The translations under genes and the position numbers were made by a program. Under the pieces are notes generated by a model. The model was not told the origin of the DNA, did not search any database, and saw only the letters and a program-made list of their open reading frames with translations. DNA of 64,000 nt from a virus (Duplodnaviria > Caudoviricetes), in IMG/VR virus record IMGVR_UViG_3300014204_007089, positions 1 to 64,000 of that record; one strand, written 5' to 3'. Shown here piece after piece: positions 40,270 to 51,766 of the stretch (position 1 is the first letter of the stretch; each line of letters begins with the position of its first letter).

Positions 40270-42744
40270 TTAATCTAAACGCCCAACATTAATTGCAATG
40301 AAAATCCAATTAGTAGGATATGTAGGTTGTACCGCTACTGATACATTCCACTGTCTTGGCTCAACTGAATCTTTATTTACTACCAAACCATCATATGCAG
40401 TAATTAATCTTTGTTGTATAAATGACTTCATTAATCCTTGAGCTATTGAAAATAATGTAGCTTTCATTGTTATACTTTCGGCTCTTCCAATATAAGGTAA
40501 AAATGCTCTGCGCATAGTTTTGGAAATATTATCTCTAATAAATACAATACTAATTTCTTCTTCTGTAGCTTCAAGACTAATTGTAGTTGTCTTTCCCCAT
40601 ACAACCTTTCCTCCACCAGCTACTGGTGTTAACAATGTAATACCAGATTTAGAAATATTTTCTTGAACTAATGGAGCATACATCTTATCTCTTAAAATAG
40701 AAAATCCAGATAAAGTCTTATTAGTTAATGGTTCTTGAATTGCAGTATTACCAGAAAAATATCCTGCTGCAGCTGCTGCAATAAAGAAACCATCCATAAG
40801 CTCATTATTAGAACCAGCTTGTATAACGATCTGATCTGGATAAAAATATACAACTCTGTAACTATCTCCAAAAGCATTTTGTACATCATAATTTGTTAAA
40901 TCTTCAGTAATTCCATCTAGAATTTCAGAAACATCATCTCCTTGAATTCCTTCTAGAATACCAATATCTTCAACAGCAGCATCTTGTGTACCTAGTACAT
41001 TTGCAGGAGTTAATCCACTTATTGCTCCGGTTAACAATACACGTTCTTTTCTATTTCTGATATTACTCATGGTTTCGACATGAACTTTACCATTTTGTAA
41101 AATAACACTAATTGTTTGACTTGGAAGTGGTACTACTATGTCTACTTCAATCTTTTCTGCTGAATCATAAGCTTCTACCCAACCAGCATCAAAGAAATCT
41201 GCATCATTTGTATCTACTATAGTTACTCTTAAACTATCACCAGCGCTTAATACAATATCATCAGTTATTAATATTCTACAACTTTCTGTTAAAGGATTTA
41301 ATACAAAGAAATCTACACCAGTTTCAGTTATACCAAACATTGGTGATAAACTTTCTAATTGTAATATACCATTTATAACTGATACTATATTACATTGACC
41401 ATCATTTCCACTTGTTGAATTTTCAATTTGCAAATTCTTACCAGAATCCTCACTTCCAAATTGAACATTTGCACTATATAATGTTGCAGTTGTTGTACTA
41501 GTAACAACTAAATAACCATCATATCCAGTTTTTTCAACAGCATCATCTACAATCACAGTATAAGAATAATCATAAGCAGCACTAGTAATAAAAGATTCTG
41601 GATCATCCCTAAAATCTTGATTATAAAAATCAACTTTATTTGGAATAATTTGAGTTTCTACTCCGGATGAAATACTTGTTATAAAGAAGTTAATATTAGA
41701 ATCAACATCTGGTACAATATTTAATGGAAGTTCAAATATAAATTCTTCAGGATCTGTATTTCCAACAGCTGATTCTACTAATGTATAAGATATACGTCTT
41801 GGAATAGATGGTTTTGCTTGTATAGCAAAAACACCTGGACAACCATTTGCAAATGCTAATTGAGAGCCTAGAGATAATCTATTTTCAGCAGTTGGTTGCC
41901 CATGTTTTGCTACTAAAACATTTAGATCTGTAAAGAATTCCGGATCGTTTAAATCTAATACTGAAATATATTTTGCAATTAAGTTATCACCTCTAACCAA
42001 CGGACCACCAGTAGTTTGAATTATAAAACTATCACCTTCTTGGAATGTTGATACACCTTCTAAAATAGAAAATCGTAAAATAGTATTACTAATAATAGAA
42101 CCATTAGATTGCCAGAAAATTTGATTTCCATATCCATCTAATATAATTCCACTTTCAGAACCACGTGCAATAAATTTAGCATATCCATCCATTGGATTTC
42201 CACCACCATCTCTTCTAACACTTGTACAGCGTATAGTCCAAGTTTCAGGTGGAGAATTAATATCTACTAATGTCAGATTAGAAATAGTACCATTCCCAAT
42301 ATTATTAGTAGAAGATTTATAATATTGATCACCTGTTTGTCTTACAAGTGAAGCTGGTTGCAATTCGATTTGCCCAGTTTCAGGATCTAATCTAGCATCA
42401 AATCTAGAATCAAATGATAATAAATCAACCACATCTTCTGACAGGTTAAGTTCAATTCCATTTTTGAACAATCTAGATCTATTTATTACAACAGGAGCTA
42501 CTACATCTTGTCCTATACCTAATAAAAAGTGACGTCCATCAGAGCCTGTTGAAGATGTGTAAGTTGGATTGAAACCATCGTTTCCGTTACCGTTAGCGGA
42601 ACCAACTAAGGTTTCTTCTTTCAAACCTTCACCTATAATTAAAGCAAGGCGAGAACCAGTTGGTACACTAACGCTACGCTGAAGCGTTTTTGTTTCTGAA
42701 TACACGCCTGGAACTACACTTGTTGCACCTGGAATATTGGCCAT
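40270..42744 (-). CDS. Contractile tail sheath protein
   Basis: N-terminal PGVYSET, AFANG, EPLTNK...VWGKTT...EEISIVFIRD, V.VAVQPTYPTNWIFI. Confidence 0.9.
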   Translation of the reverse strand: MANIPGATSVVPGVYSETKTLQRSVSVPTGSRLALIIGEGLKEETLVGSANGNGNDGFNPTYTSSTGSDGRHFLLGIGQDVVAPVVINRSRLFKNGIELNLSEDVVDLLSFDSRFDARLDPETGQIELQPASLVRQTGDQYYKSSTNNIGNGTISNLTLVDINSPPETWTIRCTSVRRDGGGNPMDGYAKFIARGSESGIILDGYGNQIFWQSNGSIISNTILRFSILEGVSTFQEGDSFIIQTTGGPLVRGDNLIAKYISVLDLNDPEFFTDLNVLVAKHGQPTAENRLSLGSQLAFANGCPGVFAIQAKPSIPRRISYTLVESAVGNTDPEEFIFELPLNIVPDVDSNINFFITSISSGVETQIIPNKVDFYNQDFRDDPESFITSAAYDYSYTVIVDDAVEKTGYDGYLVVTSTTTATLYSANVQFGSEDSGKNLQIENSTSGNDGQCNIVSVINGILQLESLSPMFGITETGVDFFVLNPLTESCRILITDDIVLSAGDSLRVTIVDTNDADFFDAGWVEAYDSAEKIEVDIVVPLPSQTISVILQNGKVHVETMSNIRNRKERVLLTGAISGLTPANVLGTQDAAVEDIGILEGIQGDDVSEILDGITEDLTNYDVQNAFGDSYRVVYFYPDQIVIQAGSNNELMDGFFIAAAAAGYFSGNTAIQEPLTNKTLSGFSILRDKMYAPLVQENISKSGITLLTPVAGGGKVVWGKTTTISLEATEEEISIVFIRDNISKTMRRAFLPYIGRAESITMKATLFSIAQGLMKSFIQQRLITAYDGLVVNKDSVEPRQWNVSVAVQPTYPTNWIFIAINVGRLD

Positions 42745-42829
42745 TTATAATCCTCTCAAAGCTATTATTGCCTTATTATATGTTAAACTATTACTATTAG
42801 CTTTGCATAAACTAATACGTAGATATGCA

Positions 42830-43645
42830 TTACAAAATTTCAATTTGATCCAAAAGAGATAATTTTTGATTAATTTCTAAATCAGGAACTATTATATTCT
42901 GAAATTCAGTAGTATTGAATGCTCTAAAATCTATACAAAAATTTATTGTTTCAATTATTCCATCTATTGGTATTAATCTTCTCCACTCACTACGAAAATC
43001 AACATTAATAGAAGCTTTATAAAGTTTATCTTGTTGACGATCTTCACCTTCGGAAACTCCGCCAAGACTTGGTTGACCAGATTTTATTAATAAACCAGCC
43101 TTTCTAAAACTTTCAAATCTTATATCAGCAAACATTAACATCAAAATATCTACAAGATTATCTCTAGAATAAATATCTCTTGTTAATATATCTATTGTTA
43201 AAGTTCCTTCCCAAGCTCCTGATAAATCAATATATTTAGGAGTAAAATATGATCTAAAATTTCCATATCCATCATCTATATAATATTTTTCATATTCAAT
43301 TATATCTTTATTTCTATTCATTGAAATTGGAACATATTTAGCAGATGATACTTTTACCAAAATAGCAGGATAGAATATTGCATCAAAATGACATGCTTCT
43401 CCAATATAAATTCTAGTTGTTAGATTATCATTATATCCAGCATCTTGTGGTAAATCTGTAATATCAACTACTTTTGGAAATCCAAATTCATCAGATACAT
43501 ATCTATAATATGTATCTTGAGCAAACTCTTCCCTAAGGATTCCTATAACTAATTCTTTAGGATAAGATGTAAGCGCGTTCTGTACAACATTATGTATATT
43601 GTACAGTTCATGCCTTACAAGATTTCCAGTTCCTGGAGTTGTCAT
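42830..43645 (-). CDS. Tail terminator / neck protein (candidate)
   Basis: Immediately upstream of the sheath; FYPAILVK...WEGTLTIDILTRD..SRDNLVD. Confidence 0.55.
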   Translation of the reverse strand: MTTPGTGNLVRHELYNIHNVVQNALTSYPKELVIGILREEFAQDTYYRYVSDEFGFPKVVDITDLPQDAGYNDNLTTRIYIGEACHFDAIFYPAILVKVSSAKYVPISMNRNKDIIEYEKYYIDDGYGNFRSYFTPKYIDLSGAWEGTLTIDILTRDIYSRDNLVDILMLMFADIRFESFRKAGLLIKSGQPSLGGVSEGEDRQQDKLYKASINVDFRSEWRRLIPIDGIIETINFCIDFRAFNTTEFQNIIVPDLEINQKLSLLDQIEIL

Positions 43646-43688
43646 AAAATAATACTAAAATATTGCTTATATATTATTGTTTAATATT

Positions 43689-46600
43689 TTATGGATAATC
43701 AAAAGTACCAAAGTTTTCTGAAGATACAATCCAATTTTCTGGATATGTACCAGATATAATATTATTTCTATCAGAAACATCAAACCAATTTGTAGAAATA
43801 AATCCATGACCATCACCTAATACATATATAGGTCTTGTTAAACCAGTTATATTAATTGATTTTAATGTATTTCCAATTATTAAATTATTATTTGTTTTAA
43901 CTGATGCATAAATACCATGTAAAATATTATTGCATTTATTTCCAGTAATAGATAAACTTCCAATAATATACATTGCATAAAGATATTGTAATGAAGTATT
44001 TGAATTACCATTTATAATATTATTTGCACAAATAATTTGATTATTATATGTTGGATTATTTCCAATAACAACTAATGCATATCTCTTTGTGGTTGAAGTT
44101 GTAACTATTTGATTAAATAATATGCTATCATGTACAACAAATGTATTTTCCGAAATAATACAATTATATTCAACAGAATTTATTTTCATAAATTCAACTG
44201 TATTTCCTCTGATAATATATTCTGCTCCATAAATTTCTTCATAATAATCAATTGAGTCGGCATATTTTCCATAACTATTTATAGTAGCAAATATACCACT
44301 TATAATTACTTTGGATTGATTATCTAATATGTGTATTTGATTATTTAATGAATTATTTATTATATTAAATCCAATTAAACCTAATTGATTATTACGAATA
44401 ACACAATTTTCAATATTACAATATGTAGGATTAATCCAACCATTACCAGAAGTAGTAGCATGTCCTGATATTAATAATCCTTGATAACCATCTATCTTTG
44501 TATCTTCAATTATAATATTAGACATTGTAGGATAATTCAAAGATCCTGCACCATTAATATTTATAAAAGCATATGCTAAACTCTTTTTTGCATAATCTGA
44601 TGAATCTTGTAAAATATTTCCACTAAAAGTTATATTTTTAAAAGTATTCGTAGTTCCAAAACATGAAACAAATGGTGGTCTTGGAGTGCTTTGTAAACTA
44701 TAAAAATGTGAGTTTTCAATTATAAAATTTTCTATATTTGTAGCAGGAGTAATAATACTTTTTGCAACAAATGCTCCATAATTATAATTCAAACCAAAAA
44801 TATTTATTGAACTAAGAGTTGTACTTGGTGTATAAAATACTTTTGCATCTTTAATCTTGCAATTTCCTTTAGTAAAAACCAAACCAATGTTACTATTTAA
44901 TTCATAAGTTCCACCAATTAATTCTACATAATTATCAAAAGATAAATATATTTCTGTATCATTAACTTTAACATATTTTACTTTAACTTGAGTAAGTCCA
45001 TATTCATTAACCCAGTTACATAAAGAATCAACTGTTATAAAGTTTGCATTATATCCATCTGTTTCATCACAATTACACCATGTAAAAGATCCTAAATCTT
45101 GATTTGTTATAAATCTACGAGCATCAGTAACTGATTCTAATATAAAAGTACTAGTTAAATCAGCTATAACTTTAGCTATGATTGTTAAATCTTTTCTAGT
45201 ATCAATAATATCTTTAAAACTTAAAGTTTCAATAAAATATTGAGTGCCAGAAGTTGTAAAGAATTGAACACCTACATCTTTAACTATTGCTTTTAATTGA
45301 CCTGTTTTAGTAATACAAATAAAATATTCTACAGTATCACTAATACTAGATTTAATTTCTGGTAATTTTACACTGTAAGAATCCATTGGTACAAATGAAC
45401 CATTTACTAATGCTAAACCACCTGAGAATGTTAAAAGAGATCTCCCAGTAGATCCTGTACCAACACCCTTATATTCGAATCCACGTACAATACCATTAGC
45501 ATGTAAATAACGTTCACCAGATTGTATAAATTCAATAGCAGAATCTGATAGGTTCGTTTCTGATACCGTTCCAAATTCTCTTAAATCAGTAATAGACATA
45601 ACATGATTACTACTATGACTTACACCTGCAATTAAGAAATATTCATCATTTTTTGAAGCTGTTGGAAAAATTTCAATATCTATAATTCTTGGTTCTGTAG
45701 TACATACAATAGTTCCAGGATTAATGGTATCTTCACGATATTCAATATCAATATAATTTATATATGTATTATCATAGAATCTTAATACATTGTCTTTTGT
45801 ACCTTTAGTAATAGGTCCAATATTTATTAAATTAGAAGTGCCATTTGGTTCACCTATATAACCATCAAACTCACCTGTAGATGAATTATAATTTCTAAGA
45901 CATAATCTAACAAAATATCTATATATAGAAGGATCTGTTTGATATCCTATTATTTTTTTAGATACATTACGTATTCTCCAATTATCTTTTAATGTATCAA
46001 ATAATATAACGGTTTGAGTGCTTTTTAAAATTCTTGCACGTTCTATTCCAAATGTATGACCTTCATTATTAATAAATATTTCATGATATCTATGATAATC
46101 ACCAGGAACATTTACAAGTTGTGTAGTATTAAAACCAACAGAATCGTCTGAGAAATAAATTCTTACAATATCTCCTATTGAAGATGTTGCTCCTAAAGCT
46201 ATATCTATATCATCAGAATGAACACCATTTATAACACTTATAGTTGTAGTTTGTACAATATCACAAGGAGCATTATAAGATACTTTACCAATAATAAATC
46301 TTCCATATCCAATAATACTTGGGTCATTTTGATTTATTGATTGTATAACAATTGTTTTACCAGGTTTTAAACCTTCAGATCTTAAATCTGCATTAATTTC
46401 ATATTGGACAACTTGAGATCCATCAACAATATTTACATCATTAACTACTGCTAATAAATATCCATCACCTTGTACAAAGTTTTTAGAACCAACTAAATCC
46501 CTTCTTGTTCCATTAATAACAGCATAACGATATTTTACTGGTTTAATTATAAACGTTGATAAATTAGAAGCTGATTGTGGTCCTGAATACGAAGTTGTAT

Positions 46601-48305
46601 TTATAGGAGATGCAAAACCAGCTCTTGATAAACCCAATCCTAATGGATCATTGCCATCATACGCATCCCCAATAACATTTTGTGTATAAATAGATGGAAT
46701 TATTGTATCACCACTAACAACACCATTTATAATAGAAAAAGAAGATTCATTATAAAAATCTGCTAACATTATACCAAATTCACCCTTTTGATTAAAAGCA
46801 ATAAATCTGTAATTATAACCAGCGGCTCTAAATGCTTTGTTTGTTTCTTCAACAACTCTATCTATTGTATATTTTCCACAACTAGCTCCTGCATCTCCTG
46901 TAACATCTATAGGTGGCAAATTTGAAAATGATGTTAATGTAGTATCTAAATATAATCTTAAATAAAGATTATAATGAGTAGAATCTAATTGGCCAGGATC
47001 AAACCCTAATCCAACAGCAACAGCTCCTCTTGGATTACCTAAAATAATTCCATCAGGATATGGTGAAATTCCTGGAAGAACAGGAAATATATTTTGATAT
47101 GCCCCAGCAGCTACAAATACACCCCATGTATTTGTATCAAATTTAGACTTATCAATTCTTGCACGTGCATATCCATCTATAACATTTACCAAATTATATG
47201 CATTAATTCTTACTACCCATTTTCTTTCAGGTACAAATTCATGAGAAACTGATTTAATTGGAAAATCTTCAGATACATACGAATATCCATCCTGCCAAAT
47301 ATATCCATCTTCTCCTTCATCCCAAATATAACCATCATATCCAGACCAAACTGGATATGTTATACGTACAATATCACCAACTAAAACACGTCCAAATTTT
47401 TCATCAAAAGAATAACTATCAATATCTTCTTGAGATGGTATAAATTCAACAATATCATCACCATTAGCTATTGTGTCATTTGGATCTGTTTGATCTGGCA
47501 TTGCTAAATAAACATATACTGATGTTAATGGAACAACATTCATTCCATATCCATCACCAGATAAATTATCATTTCTAGCAGTACGACAAATTCCATTTGA
47601 ATGTAATGTAGCTCTATCAAGACCAGCTGATAATGTTTCTCTTTGATCTAAATAATTAAATACAGATTGTACATTTGTTTTATCTACTGGAATTTCTAAA
47701 AATTCTGAAGAATCAACTTCAATAGCGCTAGCTACATGAGCATTTGTTATTTCATTTTCATGACCAATTAATTCGTTATTAATTTCTACTAATGCAGATG
47801 CTACATTAACCGATGGTCTTGGAGTTCCATCTTTTTCATATAAAGTATATAAACCACCATCTAACATAATAGCACTAGCATTATGATTAGATGAAGTTCC
47901 TGCTATATGTCCTATAATATTTAGATTAAGATTTAATAAACTTAATTGAATAGAAGAAATAGAACTTACTAAAGTTTCTATTCTATTATTTAAACTTGAA
48001 GTTCCAAAATCAAGTTTAAGTTTTGATTCTATTATATTTGCATTTGTTGCAATTTGATTATTATCAATTGGAAATGTCGGTAATCCTAAACCAGTTAAAT
48101 TAGGAGTTCCATCAGCATTGATAAAAACAGAAATACGATCATTTAAATTTGTTTTTGAACCTTGCACATTTATACCAATTGTTTTTTCAATAGAAAAAAC
48201 AGCTTGTCTTAATTGGTTTATTGCAGTAGTTCCAAGTTCAGATAAATTATCATCAATCCTAACTACACTTACATCATTATCAATTGCTGAAGGATAAGTT
48301 GTCAT
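43689..48305 (-). CDS. Large tail fibre / appendage protein with C-terminal beta-helix
   Basis: MTTYPSAID, HNASAI/HVASAI motifs, NGIVRGF, Asn/Ile-rich parallel beta-helix repeats; 9 DGY. Confidence 0.65.
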   Translation of the reverse strand: MTTYPSAIDNDVSVVRIDDNLSELGTTAINQLRQAVFSIEKTIGINVQGSKTNLNDRISVFINADGTPNLTGLGLPTFPIDNNQIATNANIIESKLKLDFGTSSLNNRIETLVSSISSIQLSLLNLNLNIIGHIAGTSSNHNASAIMLDGGLYTLYEKDGTPRPSVNVASALVEINNELIGHENEITNAHVASAIEVDSSEFLEIPVDKTNVQSVFNYLDQRETLSAGLDRATLHSNGICRTARNDNLSGDGYGMNVVPLTSVYVYLAMPDQTDPNDTIANGDDIVEFIPSQEDIDSYSFDEKFGRVLVGDIVRITYPVWSGYDGYIWDEGEDGYIWQDGYSYVSEDFPIKSVSHEFVPERKWVVRINAYNLVNVIDGYARARIDKSKFDTNTWGVFVAAGAYQNIFPVLPGISPYPDGIILGNPRGAVAVGLGFDPGQLDSTHYNLYLRLYLDTTLTSFSNLPPIDVTGDAGASCGKYTIDRVVEETNKAFRAAGYNYRFIAFNQKGEFGIMLADFYNESSFSIINGVVSGDTIIPSIYTQNVIGDAYDGNDPLGLGLSRAGFASPINTTSYSGPQSASNLSTFIIKPVKYRYAVINGTRRDLVGSKNFVQGDGYLLAVVNDVNIVDGSQVVQYEINADLRSEGLKPGKTIVIQSINQNDPSIIGYGRFIIGKVSYNAPCDIVQTTTISVINGVHSDDIDIALGATSSIGDIVRIYFSDDSVGFNTTQLVNVPGDYHRYHEIFINNEGHTFGIERARILKSTQTVILFDTLKDNWRIRNVSKKIIGYQTDPSIYRYFVRLCLRNYNSSTGEFDGYIGEPNGTSNLINIGPITKGTKDNVLRFYDNTYINYIDIEYREDTINPGTIVCTTEPRIIDIEIFPTASKNDEYFLIAGVSHSSNHVMSITDLREFGTVSETNLSDSAIEFIQSGERYLHANGIVRGFEYKGVGTGSTGRSLLTFSGGLALVNGSFVPMDSYSVKLPEIKSSISDTVEYFICITKTGQLKAIVKDVGVQFFTTSGTQYFIETLSFKDIIDTRKDLTIIAKVIADLTSTFILESVTDARRFITNQDLGSFTWCNCDETDGYNANFITVDSLCNWVNEYGLTQVKVKYVKVNDTEIYLSFDNYVELIGGTYELNSNIGLVFTKGNCKIKDAKVFYTPSTTLSSINIFGLNYNYGAFVAKSIITPATNIENFIIENSHFYSLQSTPRPPFVSCFGTTNTFKNITFSGNILQDSSDYAKKSLAYAFININGAGSLNYPTMSNIIIEDTKIDGYQGLLISGHATTSGNGWINPTYCNIENCVIRNNQLGLIGFNIINNSLNNQIHILDNQSKVIISGIFATINSYGKYADSIDYYEEIYGAEYIIRGNTVEFMKINSVEYNCIISENTFVVHDSILFNQIVTTSTTKRYALVVIGNNPTYNNQIICANNIINGNSNTSLQYLYAMYIIGSLSITGNKCNNILHGIYASVKTNNNLIIGNTLKSINITGLTRPIYVLGDGHGFISTNWFDVSDRNNIISGTYPENWIVSSENFGTFDYP

Positions 48306-48321
48306 TTACGTTCCTTTTTAA

Positions 48322-48750
48322 TTACTCTTTTTCTTCTACATTTTCTGTAATATCATTTTTTAATATGTTTACATTATTAATTTTTTCTTTAATTGAATTT
48401 GGTAAATATTGATCGATAGATTTTTTAGCAAATCCATAAATTTTACTACTAGCTAAACCAGCAATAATACCTACAAATGTACGCGCCGAATCACTAGATA
48501 CAAATTCTTCTGGAAATGGATAATCTTTAAGAAGATATGCTAACAAACCACCAACTAAAAGTGGAAGACCTCTTAATATCCATTCTCTCCAAAAAAATAT
48601 TATATGATTTTCTAATTTATCAGGAATTATAAAAGATATTTTCTTTATTATTGTTTCTACTATTCTTCTTAAAATCAAAACCATAATAGCAATTACAAGT
48701 GAGAAAATAAAAACAGATGTTGTAAAAATATTTAAAAATGTTTGTTCCAT
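48322..48750 (-). CDS. Small membrane protein, holin-like
   Basis: Three hydrophobic segments and a charged C-terminus. Confidence 0.5.
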   Translation of the reverse strand: MEQTFLNIFTTSVFIFSLVIAIMVLILRRIVETIIKKISFIIPDKLENHIIFFWREWILRGLPLLVGGLLAYLLKDYPFPEEFVSSDSARTFVGIIAGLASSKIYGFAKKSIDQYLPNSIKEKINNVNILKNDITENVEEKE

Positions 48751-48765
48751 AAATCACCTACTATA

Positions 48766-51738
48766 TTAAAAATCATAATTACCATAATTCTCTGATGTTA
48801 AAATCCAATCACTAGCTCCTGACCCATCTAAAATTATTGTTTCATCATCAATATCAAACCAATTTGATGAGACTATACCATGTCCACCTACTACAAAAAT
48901 TGGTTCAGTCATAGAAACTTTATAATTAGAATTAAAAGAATTTCCACAAATTAAACTACCATTCATTGTAGCATTAAGTTGAATAAAATTATTTGCTAAA
49001 GTACCAACATTACAATACCATGATAAAATCATATTACTATTTATATTTGCAATACCACTAGTTACTATAGATGTTGCACAATGATATTGTGTAAGTATTC
49101 CAGTGTTTCTATGTTCTATAGTATTATTTATAACTTTTACTATAGAATATATACCCGCATAATAAGTATTTATTCCTAGGGCACTTATTATATTAACAGT
49201 CATAGCAGTGCCATTAGGATATACAAGAGTATAATCATGACATGAATAATTTACATCATTTGAATTAAAATTAACATTCCAACCAGGTGCCATTATATTT
49301 ACCAAACACCCAATTAAAGTTCCATATTCAGACCTTACATCAATTGGTCTTACATTCGTTCCTGTTAAAACTCCAATAAATTTATTATCAGAAATATTAA
49401 TAGATGAAGAAGATATTTGACCTTCTTCATCAGAAAGAACACTGCCAACACACATTGTATGATTAGAATATCCTGCAGTAGATGTTTTTATACATAATAC
49501 ATTACTTATACCATTAGTTGGAATATCATGATGTCTAATTTCATTTCCATGTATATTAATTTTACCACCAATAATTCCAGAACCACTACTAACACTAAAA
49601 TCATAAATATAAACAGGAATTCCACCAATTATTTTGTTGTTATTTAATTCTATTAATTTTTCAGATGATAAATAACAACAAATAATTGAATGTAAAAAAT
49701 CACCTGTTACATATAAACCTTTTTGATCTGGTCCAGAAATATTACTATTATTAATTACTAAAGAATTTGTACCTGTAATATTAGTGTGATATTTATAATA
49801 ATTTACAGAATTTAATAAACTAGCAGATACTAATACTTGTGGACTGTTTATATTTATATTATCTATAAATACGTTATAAGCATTTATAAAAATATAACTT
49901 TTTTGATTTGTAATAGCTGATTTTGTTCTTATTCCACTAGCGGTTAGATTAAATATACAATTTTCTAAAGATACATAAGCATTAACATTGTTAACTCTAA
50001 AACCATAACCATAACCATTAAAATAACAATTTAAAACATAGCAAGAACTTGATAATATATCTAAATTAACAATATCACTAAATACTCCGGTTTGTTCAAA
50101 TCTACAATTTTCTACAATGGCACTTTTTGTATTTTCAATACCTACAGTACAATTAATAAATGAAACATTTTTGAAAATATTATAATCTTGAACATCTTGT
50201 AAATTAGAAATAATTTGTTGAGGATGATTAATTGCTACAAATTCAATATTTTCTGCTTTACCAATATAATTAGTATAAACTCCAGAAGTTAAATTTTGAA
50301 TATCAGAATTTAATTGAATAATAACTTTACGACTTGTTCCATATGTACTACTAGTACTAATATTTCCAATAATTTTTCCAACTTTAAGTTGAGTATTAAC
50401 AGTATATGTTCCAGGATTAACAATAATAATCTGTTCACCCCTACTACTAAGATAATTTTCATCTATACTTGAAATACCAAGCGCGGTTGTATTTATTAAA
50501 GAATTAACTAATTCAAGAGAATCTGTTCCTGTAAAATCACCAGTTGAATGTATACCATCACCTATTGTAATATACCATGGATTACTTTTAACTGATCCCC
50601 AAAAATTTCCTACATCAGATAATATAAAAGCCCATTTAACAACCCTTGAATCAAGAATATAATTAGTACGAGACATTAATTCATTTGAATCAGGATTATC
50701 AGTTATAAAAATACTACCTTTATTTCCAATCAAACTAACAAATGCATTTTCAACTGGTACAGCTTGCGCTATCAGATTTAAAAAATATCCATATTTTGTA
50801 TACCCTGTTAAAGTATATGCAAAATAATAATTATTATGAATAAAAATTTTACCAATACAAGTTGAAATAAAATAACCAGTATTTGTTGTTGTTATAGTCC
50901 TTACCCTGCAATTTTCTACACGTAATTCTGATAAATGAGGTTCATTAGTTGGTGCAAATCTTATAGCTGTACTAACACCATCAATATAACATTTATTTAA
51001 ATGAAGAATTGTTGGAGTACTAACAGGTGCTGGTGAAACAGGTGTAACAACTCTTATACCATAACGAGTTGTTATTCCACCATATACGCGACCAATAATT
51101 GTAACATTTTCTAATAATAATTCGCACCCTTCGTCCATTTGTATTAATTGTCCATTAGTCCAAGAAGGTGCTCCACTATTTACATTTCCGTCTTTATTAT
51201 CAAATATGGTTATATTCCAAAGTCTACTCATTTTTGTAGATATTATTGTTTCAAGACCATGTATACCAAGATTTTCAATATCTTCTGAATATAAAAATTT
51301 AAAAGCTGGACCATTAATAACTTCTGATACTATTCTAGCTCCACCTGGTTCTCCCCAAATAGTAATACCTTTAGGAACCTCAACGGTTTTTCTTAAAATA
51401 TAATCACCAGGTTTAATTACAATAATTCCACCAATACCATTGATTCTAATTCTGGCAAAAGCCCATTGAAATGCATAATATAAATCTTCTTTTGGAAGAG
51501 TATTATAACCATCTCCAATAGTAATAAAACCACCATTAAGACCACTAAAAGCTAATTCTTCTAATGTTCCTTGTAATGTTGTCGATGTAAATTCAGGAAG
51601 TACAGGATTTAAATCTATTTGAGTAGCATCATGTCTAAAATCACCACCATTATAATGTGCAACGAAATTCTGATTATGAGTAGCTGAATACCCACCTTCT
51701 CGTTCACGTCCACTTCCAATAAATCTAGTTCTGACCAT
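48766..51738 (-). CDS. Tailspike-like protein with two beta-helix (pectin lyase-like) modules
   Basis: FITIGDG...IIVIKPGDY and YITIGDG...IIVNPGTY; repeated ENC/NNK/GN beta-helix turns. Confidence 0.65.
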   Translation of the reverse strand: MVRTRFIGSGREREGGYSATHNQNFVAHYNGGDFRHDATQIDLNPVLPEFTSTTLQGTLEELAFSGLNGGFITIGDGYNTLPKEDLYYAFQWAFARIRINGIGGIIVIKPGDYILRKTVEVPKGITIWGEPGGARIVSEVINGPAFKFLYSEDIENLGIHGLETIISTKMSRLWNITIFDNKDGNVNSGAPSWTNGQLIQMDEGCELLLENVTIIGRVYGGITTRYGIRVVTPVSPAPVSTPTILHLNKCYIDGVSTAIRFAPTNEPHLSELRVENCRVRTITTTNTGYFISTCIGKIFIHNNYYFAYTLTGYTKYGYFLNLIAQAVPVENAFVSLIGNKGSIFITDNPDSNELMSRTNYILDSRVVKWAFILSDVGNFWGSVKSNPWYITIGDGIHSTGDFTGTDSLELVNSLINTTALGISSIDENYLSSRGEQIIIVNPGTYTVNTQLKVGKIIGNISTSSTYGTSRKVIIQLNSDIQNLTSGVYTNYIGKAENIEFVAINHPQQIISNLQDVQDYNIFKNVSFINCTVGIENTKSAIVENCRFEQTGVFSDIVNLDILSSSCYVLNCYFNGYGYGFRVNNVNAYVSLENCIFNLTASGIRTKSAITNQKSYIFINAYNVFIDNININSPQVLVSASLLNSVNYYKYHTNITGTNSLVINNSNISGPDQKGLYVTGDFLHSIICCYLSSEKLIELNNNKIIGGIPVYIYDFSVSSGSGIIGGKINIHGNEIRHHDIPTNGISNVLCIKTSTAGYSNHTMCVGSVLSDEEGQISSSSINISDNKFIGVLTGTNVRPIDVRSEYGTLIGCLVNIMAPGWNVNFNSNDVNYSCHDYTLVYPNGTAMTVNIISALGINTYYAGIYSIVKVINNTIEHRNTGILTQYHCATSIVTSGIANINSNMILSWYCNVGTLANNFIQLNATMNGSLICGNSFNSNYKVSMTEPIFVVGGHGIVSSNWFDIDDETIILDGSGASDWILTSENYGNYDF

Positions 51739-51766
51739 ATTCTAATACTCCAATATTACAGGTTTC

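Noticed and set aside
19349-42744. Bacterial contractile injection system, tailocin or T6SS instead of a phage
   Set aside because: Neck-like genes, tRNAs, homing endonucleases and phage-type accessory genes on one strand, with no host housekeeping context, fit a phage genome better; capsid and terminase genes are not in this window, so this is not fully excluded
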